Shown piece after piece: positions 55,491-64,000 of a stretch of DNA of 64,000 nucleotides. Each line of letters opens with the position of its first letter. Within the stretch, counting starts at the first letter, position 1. The notes under the pieces are model-generated. The model saw only the letters and a list, made by a program, of their open reading frames with translations, had not been told where the DNA came from and searched no databases. Made by a program: the position numbers and the translations under genes. Where the stretch lies: the NCBI GenBank assembly GCA_965116905.1, contig OZ220732.1, positions 3,680,001-3,744,000 of the forward strand, read 5' to 3'. Source of the DNA: Longimicrobiales bacterium (GTDB taxonomy: Bacteria; Gemmatimonadota; Gemmatimonadetes; Longimicrobiales; Gaopeijiaceae).

Positions 55491-56933
55491 ATGATCTCGA
55501 CCGTCGGTGCCGTTCTACTTACTGCCGGGATCATCGGGCTGCATGCCGTTTTCGTGGTGTTCGTCCTGCTGCGGCCGCGTGTCCGCCAGCCGTCTTCGCT
55601 TGCCTGGATCCTCGTGATCGTCACGTTCCCGTTCGGCGGGATCGTGCTGTACCTGGTCGTGGGCGAGGTCCGTACCGGGAGCAAGCGCAAGCGCCGTCAC
55701 CGGACGATCCAGAAGAACATCCGCACCGTCCTTCAGCGCGCGTGGCACAAGACCACCGCCACGGCGGTCGTGCCCTGGGGCAGCGAAGCGATTGCCCGGC
55801 TCGCGCGGCTGGGAAGCGACACGCTTCCGCGCAGCGGGAACCGGCTGAGACTGGTCGCGTCGGCAGAGCGATTCACCGAGGCGCTGGTCACCGACGTCGA
55901 CAACGCGCGGGACCACGTCCACGTGCTGTCCTACATCTATCTGGACGACGACGTCGGGCGCACGGTCGCGGAGGCGCTCGTAAGGGCAAGGCTGCGGGGG
56001 GTCGCATGCCGCCTGCTGGTGGACAACGTCGGGTCGAGCGACTTCCTGAAGTCCGAGTTGTGCCGGACGCTGAGGAACGCCGGCGTGCACGTGGTCGCGG
56101 CCCTGCCGACGCGGATCACGCAGATCGCCTCCATCCGCTTCGACATGCGCAATCATCGCAAGTTCGCCGTCGTCGACGGCCGCGTGGGCTACACGGGCAG
56201 CCACAACATCGCCGAAGAGGCGTTTCACCCGAAGCCGCGCTTCGCGCCGTGGATCGACGCGACGCTGCGAATCGAGGGGCCCGCGGTCCGTGACCTCCAG
56301 GCCCTCTTCATCGAAGACTGGTTCATGGACACCGAGGAGAACCTCGACCATCTGATCGCCGAGCCGCCCGAGGAGTTCCAGGACGGCCGCATCGTGCAGA
56401 TCGTCGGTACCGGCGTCAACTCACAGAACCAGGCGCTGGTGCGTGTGATCCAGTCCGCCGTGCACATGGCTCGCGAAGAGCTAATCCTCACCACGCCCTA
56501 CTTCGTCCCGGACGAGGGCACGCTGGCGGCGCTCACCACCGCTGCGATCCGCGGCGTCAGGACGATCATCGTGGTCCCCGCCAAGAATGATTCGCCTCTC
56601 GTCGCGCTCGCGAGCCGGAGCTTCTACGAGACCCTCCTCAACGCGGGGGCCGAGGTGCACGAGTACACGAAGGGGCTGCTTCACGCCAAGACCATCACCG
56701 TGGACCGCGATTTCGCGCTCGTGAGCACCGCCAACCTGGACCGGCGCAGCTTCGAGATCAATTTCGAGCTCAGCACGCTGATCTACGACAGCGATTTCGC
56801 CTCCGAGCTTCGCCTGCTCCAGAAACGCTATCTCGAGGACTGCACCAAGGTCGACGCGGCCAAATGGCTGGAGCGCAGTTGGCCGCTCCGGCTGGCCGAG
56901 AACGCCGCGGGTCTGGTTTCCGCGCTGCTGTGA
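55491..56933 (+). CDS. cls: Cardiolipin synthase
   Basis: Two N-terminal TM helices; two HKD motifs (RNHRKFAVVDG, LHAKTITVD). Confidence 0.93.
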   Translation: MISTVGAVLLTAGIIGLHAVFVVFVLLRPRVRQPSSLAWILVIVTFPFGGIVLYLVVGEVRTGSKRKRRHRTIQKNIRTVLQRAWHKTTATAVVPWGSEAIARLARLGSDTLPRSGNRLRLVASAERFTEALVTDVDNARDHVHVLSYIYLDDDVGRTVAEALVRARLRGVACRLLVDNVGSSDFLKSELCRTLRNAGVHVVAALPTRITQIASIRFDMRNHRKFAVVDGRVGYTGSHNIAEEAFHPKPRFAPWIDATLRIEGPAVRDLQALFIEDWFMDTEENLDHLIAEPPEEFQDGRIVQIVGTGVNSQNQALVRVIQSAVHMAREELILTTPYFVPDEGTLAALTTAAIRGVRTIIVVPAKNDSPLVALASRSFYETLLNAGAEVHEYTKGLLHAKTITVDRDFALVSTANLDRRSFEINFELSTLIYDSDFASELRLLQKRYLEDCTKVDAAKWLERSWPLRLAENAAGLVSALL

Positions 56934-56950
56934 CCCCCCCGCGCGGCAAG

Positions 56951-58015
56951 ATGGCCTCCCAGGTGGCAGCCGAGTGGGCGCGGGCCCGCCCACACGGCGC
57001 GATCGCCACCACCGGCGGCACGGCCCTCGTACTGGGCGACCCCTCTCCCCACCTCCCCCGCGCACTGGAAGACACCGCGCGCACCGTCGCGCGCTGGCAC
57101 CGGCTGCCGTCTCCCGGCCAGCTCCACACACCCTGGCCACCGGCGGGCCCGTTCGGCGAGGTGTGGGTGCGCATGCCGCGCTCCTCGCTGGAGGCCGCCA
57201 TGCTCCTCCACGCCGCCGCGGCCCGCGTGGATCACGGCAGCCATGTCCACCTCTACGGCGCGAACAACGAGGGCATCCGGTCGGCGGCGCGGCACTTCCC
57301 GGACGGGACCGACGAGCCCCGCGCAGCCCTGGTCAAGCGCCGCTGCCGCGTGCTCACCGCGGTGAAGACCGCGCCGCCGCCCCGCGCGGACGGCCTCGAC
57401 AGCTGGCGGCTCGAGGCACCCGTGGACTGGGGGACCGGTGCGCGCGACTGGACCTTCTACCCGGGCGTCTTCTCGTACGGCCGCCTCGATCCGGCGACGG
57501 CCCTGCTCATCGAGACCCTGCCCGAGGTGCCCGCCGGATCGCGCATCCTGGACTTCGGCGCGGGCACCGGACCCGTCGGCGCGGCCGTCCTGGAACGTGC
57601 AGGCGCGGGCACCGAGGTCCACCTGCTGGAACCCGACGTCATCTCCCTGGCCGCGGCCGCGCGGAATGTTCCGGGAGCGGCGCCGGCCCCGGGAAGCGGC
57701 CTCTCGGCGGTCGCGGGCCCGTTCGACCTGATCGTCACCAATCCGCCGATCCACGTCGGCAACGCCCAGAGCCTGCACACGGTCGAAGCTCTTGCGCAGG
57801 GCGCCCCGGCCGCGCTCGCCAGCGGTGGTACCCTCCTGCTCGTCGCACAGCGCCGGCTTCCGCTTCCCCGCGTGCTGAGGGAGTCCTTTCGAGACGTACG
57901 CGCTATCGCCGACAAGGGGCAGTTTCGCGTCTGGCGGGCAGCGGCCGGAGGACGGCGATCTCGCGCCCGCACCGTCAGCGCGCGTCGTGGACGATCCTCC
58001 CGTCCACCACGGTGA
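56951..58015 (+). CDS. RsmC-like class I SAM methyltransferase
   Basis: GANNEGIRS, PGVFSYGRLD, LDFGAGTG and TNPPIH motifs. Confidence 0.75.
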   Translation: MASQVAAEWARARPHGAIATTGGTALVLGDPSPHLPRALEDTARTVARWHRLPSPGQLHTPWPPAGPFGEVWVRMPRSSLEAAMLLHAAAARVDHGSHVHLYGANNEGIRSAARHFPDGTDEPRAALVKRRCRVLTAVKTAPPPRADGLDSWRLEAPVDWGTGARDWTFYPGVFSYGRLDPATALLIETLPEVPAGSRILDFGAGTGPVGAAVLERAGAGTEVHLLEPDVISLAAAARNVPGAAPAPGSGLSAVAGPFDLIVTNPPIHVGNAQSLHTVEALAQGAPAALASGGTLLLVAQRRLPLPRVLRESFRDVRAIADKGQFRVWRAAAGGRRSRARTVSARRGRSSRPPR

Positions 58016-59635
58016 CCACCGCCGTCAGCCCGGGGATCCCGGCGTCGGGCACGGCCAGGTAGTCGTCCGACAGTACCGTCAGGTCGGCGGCCATCCCCGG
58101 GGCCAGGGTCCCCCGCTCCGATTCCGCAAACACCTGGTACGCGTATCCCGCCGTCATGGCGCGGAGCGCGTCCATGCGATCGACCGATTGCTCGGCCCCC
58201 ATGATCCCGGCCGAAATGGTGCCGCGGGTCGCGAAGTGGTAGAGCACGGCGAACGGGTTGTGGGGAATCACAGGCGAGTCGGTCCCCAGCGACACCGGGA
58301 TCTGCTCGTCGATGTAGCGGCGCAGGGGGGTCGTCAGCGCCGCGCGCAGGGCGCCCCAGTAGTCGACCAGGCTCGGGGCCGCCACGTAGAGGTGATGCTG
58401 TGCGGTGACCGTGAGGCCCAGCCGCCGCACCCGCTCGAACTGGTCGGGCGCGGGGATGAAGCCGTGCTCGATCGTCCAGCGCCGGTGCGCGATGGGGATG
58501 GCGGCGTCCGCCTGTTCGTACGCGTCCAGAACGAGATCGATGGCGGCATCGCCCACCGCGTGCGTCGCGACGCGCCAGCCCAGCGCGTTGAGCTCCCGGA
58601 CGGTCCCGTGGAACAGCTCGGTCGGGATCGTCTGCAGTCCATGGAACGTGCCTCCCCTTCCCCACGGCTCCTCGTAGGGTTCCCGCATCCATCCTCCCTC
58701 GAAGCCCCCGTCGACCCCCAGCTTGACGCCTCCCACCGAAAGGAGACCGGCGGTGAAGTCCGGTGGCACACCCCACGACGCCACAACCGTCCGCACCTCG
58801 TCCACCGGGGTGCCGCGCAGGCGGAACAGGAACTCCACGCGAAGGGTGAGCCGGTCCTCCTCGGCCAACCGCCGCAACATGGTGAACTGCTCCGGGGTGC
58901 CTCCCGGTATCCGCAGCGCGGTCGCGCCCAGGGCATTCATCACGGCCTGCGTTTCGAGGAAGCGCGCCGCGGGGTCCTCCGCGGCCCGCGGCGGCAGCGT
59001 CACCGGGTCCTTGGCGCGATCCACCAGCTCCCCGTTCAAACGACCGTCGTCGTAGCGTCCGATGCGCCCGCCCGGCGGCGACTCGGCGGCCTCGTCGATG
59101 CCCCAGCGCGACAACGCGGCCGAATTGAGGATGAACTCGTGACCGCCGCGCACGACCACGACCGGGTGATCGGGTGCCGCGCGGTCGAGGTCGTCGCGCA
59201 GCGGCAGCCGCTGTTCCGCCAGCTGCCCCTCGTGCCAGTTGCTGTTGGTGACCACGAGTTCGCCGGGTTCGGTCGCGGCGGCCCGGGCCGCGATGGCGTC
59301 CAGCAGGTCGGCCATGGTGCGCACACCCGACAGGTCCACCCCGGGCCCGCCGCCCAGCGCGTGGAAGTGGTTGTCCGTCAGGCCGGGGACCACGCTGCGG
59401 CCGTCCAGGTCGAGTATGCGCGTGTCGGGGCCCCGCAGCCGCAGCACGTCGGCGTCCGAGCCCGCCGCTTCCACCCGTCCCGCGCGCACCGCCAGCGCCG
59501 CCACATCGCCCAGGCCGGGGTCGACGGTGACGATCCGGCCGTTGTGGAGGATCAGGTCGGCGGGGGGCGGCTCCGGCGAGCAGCTGCTCGCGACCGCAAG
59601 CAGCGCGGCCGCGGCCAGTGCGCGCGGGATGCCGG

Positions 59636-59639
<4 letters not shown>
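57975..59639 (-). CDS. YtcJ-like amidohydrolase lipoprotein
   Basis: PGLTDNHFH, THAVGD, IEH, GTDSP and ADLTVL motifs; TTG start overlapping the pstB stop. Confidence 0.85.
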
Positions 59640-60413
<774 letters not shown>

Positions 60414-60421
<8 letters not shown>

Positions 60422-61175
60422 AACGTCCCTCGATATAGCCGGTCGTGCGCTCGTCCCGGACCTTGCCCCCGAAGAGATCCTCGGTGACGCCGATGTCGAC
60501 CATCTCTCCCATCAGGAAGAAGGCCGTGCGGTCGGCCAGCCGGCGCGCCTGCTGCACCAGATTCGTCACCAGCACGATCGTCAGCTCGGAGCGAAGTTCC
60601 CGGAGAACATCCTCGATCCGCATGGTGGTCACCGGATCGACCGCGATCGAGAACTCGTCCAGGAGCAGCAACTCCGGTTCCTGCGACAGCGCGCGCGCGA
60701 TCGTGAGCCGCTGCTGCTGGCCGCCGGAGAGCAGGCTCCCCAGCGAGTCCAGCCGGTCCTTGACCTCGTCCCACAGCGCTGCGCGGGTCAGGCAGCGCTC
60801 GACCACTTCGTCCAGGTCGGCCTTCTTGCGCACCCCCCGCAGCCGCGGCGAGAAGGCCACGTTGTCGTACACGGTCAAGGGCAGGCCCACGGGCAGCGGG
60901 AACACGACCCCGATCCTGCTGCGCAGCGCGTACACGTTGCGCCAGTCGTGGATGTCCTTCCCGTTGAGACGGATGCTCCCGCGCACGTCCATCCCCGGAT
61001 TGAAGCCGTCCATCCGGTTGAGCGCGCGCAGGAACGATGTCTTGCCGCTGTTGGCCGGGCCGATGATCCCGAAGATTTCGTGCCTGAAAATGTCCAGCGA
61101 AATGTCCCGCAGCGCGGGTTGGCCGTCGTAGCTGATGGTCAGGTCCCGCACCTCGATGATGGGGGGCTCTACCAT
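60414..61175 (-). CDS. pstB: Phosphate ABC transporter ATP-binding protein (second copy)
   Basis: GPANSGKT, LSGGQQQR, LLLDE and YIEGRFG motifs; Q-loop and H-switch altered (FPLP, VTNL). Confidence 0.85.
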
Positions 61176-62038
61176 TTCTTCAGTCCTCGCAGGTACACAC
61201 GGAACCCGATCGAGATGGCGTTCATCAACAGCACGATCGAAATCAGCACCAGGGCCACGCCGAACGGAATCTCCTCGGGCACGCCGGTCTGCTGGGTCGC
61301 GATGTAGTACAGATGGTAGGACATGGCCATCGTCTGATCGAACACGCTACCGGGAAGGAACGCCACGAACGCGGCGGCTCCCGTGAACATGATCGGCGCC
61401 GTCTCGCCGGCGGTCCGCGAAACCTCGAGGATCACACCCGTGAGGATCCCGCTGATGGAGTTGGGGAGAACGACCTTGCGAATCGTCTGCCAGCGGGTCG
61501 CCCCCATGTTCCAGCAGGCCTCCCTGAACGCCTGAGGTACCGCCTGGAGCGACTCGCGGGTAGCCACGATGACGACCGGCAGCGTCATCACGGCCAGGGT
61601 CAGGCTGGCCGCGAGGATCGAGGCCCCGATGTTGAAAAACAGTACGAAGGCGCCGACACCGAAGAGCGCGTGCACGATCGACGGGACGCCGGCAAGGTTG
61701 ATGATCGCCAGATTGATGGTCCGGGTCAGCAGGTTGTCCGGCGCGTACTCGCTGAGGTAGAGGGCCGCGGCCACGCCCACGGGCACCGACGCCAGCAGCG
61801 CCACCGCCACCAGCCATACGGTCCCCACCAGTGCCGGGAAGATTCCGCCGGCCGTCATCCCGTCCCGCGGCGCCGAGAAGAGGAACTCCCAGGAGATCGC
61901 CGGCCCTCCCTTCACCACCAGGGTGCCGATGATGATCAGCACCGGGATCACCAGGGTCACGGTCATCAGGAAGAAAACGGCCCGGGCCACGTTCTGGGTC
62001 CGGTAGCTTCGCCTGTTGAGCGTCGTGGCCGTGAACAT
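61169..62038 (-). CDS. pstA: Phosphate ABC transporter permease PstA
   Basis: LAGVPSIV, EACWNMGATRWQTI and RTAGETAP motifs. Confidence 0.93.
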   Translation of the reverse strand: MFTATTLNRRSYRTQNVARAVFFLMTVTLVIPVLIIIGTLVVKGGPAISWEFLFSAPRDGMTAGGIFPALVGTVWLVAVALLASVPVGVAAALYLSEYAPDNLLTRTINLAIINLAGVPSIVHALFGVGAFVLFFNIGASILAASLTLAVMTLPVVIVATRESLQAVPQAFREACWNMGATRWQTIRKVVLPNSISGILTGVILEVSRTAGETAPIMFTGAAAFVAFLPGSVFDQTMAMSYHLYYIATQQTGVPEEIPFGVALVLISIVLLMNAISIGFRVYLRGLKKW

Positions 62039-62041
62039 GGG

Positions 62042-62992
62042 CTATTTCTTCCGTATGCCGCGTACCACGACGTCCGCGGTGAGGTTGATGATGAACGTGA
62101 CCAGGAACAGGAAGATGCCCAGGGTGAAGAGTGCACCGTAGTGGTCGGATCCGTACACCGTGTCCCCGAGTTCGGAGGCGATCGTCGCCGTGAGGGCGCG
62201 CACGGAATCGAACGGGCTCGTGGGCAGGTTGATCGCATGGCCCGACGCCATCAGCACGGCCATCGTCTCCCCGAATCCCCTTCCGACGCCGAGCAGCACG
62301 GCCGCCAACAGCCCGTTCTTGCTGGCCGGGATCACGACCCTGCGAATCACCTCCCACCGGGTCGCGCCCAGGGCCTCCGCGGCCTCCCGGTAGGTGTCCG
62401 GAACGGCCTTCAGCGCGTCCTCCGCGATGGTCGTCATGATCGGCGCCGCCATCAGTCCCAGGATGAGTCCGGCGTTCAGCACGCTCAGCCCCACCGGCAC
62501 ATCGAACGTCTCGATGATCAGCGGATTCATGATCGACATGCCGACGAATCCCCAAACCACCGAGGGAATCGCGGCGAGCATTTCCACCAGGATCTTGAGT
62601 GCCTCGCGAGTCTTGCCCGTCGCGAATTCCGCGATGTAGAGCGCGGCGCCCAGCGAAAGGGGCACGGAAAAGAGCATCGCGAAACCCGTGACGCTCGCCG
62701 TGCCCACGATGAGCGCCAGGGCGCCATAGGTAGGGTTGTTGGAGGTGGGACGCCACGCGATCGACGTGAAGAACTCACCCGGATTGAGCGAGCCGAGGAC
62801 GAAGTCCAGCCCCTCCCTGGTGACGAATACGAAGATCCCGAGGATGAAGATGATGGCGGAGATGCCACCCACGAAGACGAGCGCCTGGGCCACGCGGTCC
62901 ACGTACCACGCGAGATCGCGACGATCCATCGCGCCACTCGGATCCCCTGCGGACGGCCCCGGCGCGGTCGCGGTGTAGTCCGGAGGCGTCAC
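62042..62992 (-). CDS. pstC: Phosphate ABC transporter permease PstC
   Basis: LAAIPSVVWG, EAAEALGATRWE and GRGFGETMAV motifs. Confidence 0.93.
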   Translation of the reverse strand: MTPPDYTATAPGPSAGDPSGAMDRRDLAWYVDRVAQALVFVGGISAIIFILGIFVFVTREGLDFVLGSLNPGEFFTSIAWRPTSNNPTYGALALIVGTASVTGFAMLFSVPLSLGAALYIAEFATGKTREALKILVEMLAAIPSVVWGFVGMSIMNPLIIETFDVPVGLSVLNAGLILGLMAAPIMTTIAEDALKAVPDTYREAAEALGATRWEVIRRVVIPASKNGLLAAVLLGVGRGFGETMAVLMASGHAINLPTSPFDSVRALTATIASELGDTVYGSDHYGALFTLGIFLFLVTFIINLTADVVVRGIRKK

Positions 62993-64000
62993 TCGTCGTC
63001 CCGAACCCCCATGGTCGTCATCAGGCCGCGAATTCGCCGCATGAGTTCCCGGTACAGTTCCTCGACGTCGGGTTCGCCGCCGGTCTCAGCCACGTCCAGA
63101 TCCCACCGGAGAAGGGCTGTCTGGTGGGGGGCGGAACAATGGCTGGCGGGATCCACCCCCAGCCCCACGATCACGTGATAGTGGCGTGCCGCGCCGAGCG
63201 CATCGGCGAAGGCCGCGGGTGCGTCGTCGGCCGCCAACACGATCCCCCGGCGCCGGCAGAACCCTTGCAGCGCCGGAGAGAACCCGGCGGCCGCCTCGAG
63301 CCCCGCCGAGCCGGCGCGGCCGGCGTGCGGATAGCTCTCCACAAACGCCAGCTCCGCCATCTTGCTGACCATGGCGTTGTCCGCGTCCAGGAAGAGCATC
63401 CGGTATTGCTTTTCGCGTTTCCGCTCGCCGGTAACCGCGAACAGCGTCTGCTGGCAGATGTTTTCCGCCTGTTCCGCCGTCCGCTGCATGAGCCGAAAGA
63501 CCAACAGGGCTCCGAACAGGTCGCGCGCCGGACGAGGGTCGGAGTCCGCTGCCGCGCTCAGGACTTCGAAGGCGTAGGGGTAGACCGCCGCACTCTGTGC
63601 CGCGAACCCGCGCGAAACCCGGGCCGCGTCCGGATCACCCTCCAGGAACCCGTCCAGCGCGGCTCGCAACGCCCGCCGCGAATGCTCGCTCATCAGCTGA
63701 ATGTTGCTCAGCACTGCATCGGGCAGGGGGGACTCGATCTGCCTCGCCACCCGACAGATCGCGACCGAGTAGTCGCCCAGACGCTCCATCGCGACGGACA
63801 GCCGCAACACGCCCGAGACGAACCGCAGGTGACTGCCGCTGGGAAGGTGCCGGGCCACGAAAAGGTGGCACAGGTGATCGATCTCGCGGGTGGACTGATT
63901 GACCGCCCGGTCCTTGATCAGGGTTTCGTTGGCCAGGCGCCGGTCCAGGTCGAGGACGGCCTGCACTCCGTGCCGCAGGTTATGCAGGACCTCCTCTCCG
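62989..64000 (-). CDS. phoU: PhoU-family protein fused to a C-terminal degenerate LMW-PTP/ArsC-like domain (5' end outside window)
   Basis: PhoU repeat with MERLGDYSVAI; C-terminal RMLFLDADNAMVSKMAE...GSAG...LLRWD; frame open to the window edge. Confidence 0.8.
   Translation of the reverse strand, partial: GEEVLHNLRHGVQAVLDLDRRLANETLIKDRAVNQSTREIDHLCHLFVARHLPSGSHLRFVSGVLRLSVAMERLGDYSVAICRVARQIESPLPDAVLSNIQLMSEHSRRALRAALDGFLEGDPDAARVSRGFAAQSAAVYPYAFEVLSAAADSDPRPARDLFGALLVFRLMQRTAEQAENICQQTLFAVTGERKREKQYRMLFLDADNAMVSKMAELAFVESYPHAGRAGSAGLEAAAGFSPALQGFCRRRGIVLAADDAPAAFADALGAARHYHVIVGLGVDPASHCSAPHQTALLRWDLDVAETGGEPDVEELYRELMRRIRGLMTTMGVRDDE

Noticed and set aside
56951..58015. Convergent 41-bp overlap of the RsmC-like gene with the amidohydrolase
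   Set aside because: Short 3' overlaps from stop-codon drift are common in GC-rich genomes.

Overview
High-GC bacterial chromosomal segment, densely coding, with no rRNA, tRNA, CRISPR array, integrase or transposase that I can recognise. The gene content (several 'DSAG'-type six-bladed beta-propeller proteins, a VPS10/BNR hydrolase, an S9 peptidase, Tat-exported enzymes, a TonB receptor) suggests a Gemmatimonadota-like diderm; this is inference. The window runs from a partial feoB and a membrane-anchored DtxR-FeoA regulator, through propeller paralogues, transporters, PLP enzymes, dapB, an RND efflux operon and cls, to a pst/phoU operon. The main hidden signal is two probable selenoproteins that the ORF track splits at in-frame UGA codons, each followed by a SECIS-like hairpin. 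One is a MerB-like organometal lyase (10352-11083, UGA at the position of the second catalytic Cys, coupled to a DoxX gene). The other is an ArsC/Spx-like UxxC protein (33327-33692). Other notable items: a leader peptide ending RAP-stop plus a terminator in front of an ABC exporter/DUF1854 operon, two copies of a parS-like palindrome, a PhoU fused to a degenerate LMW-PTP/ArsC domain, an exported RidA next to a Tat-exported PLP enzyme, and many short tandem or palindromic micro-insertions. All family assignments come from motif recognition by eye, not database searches.
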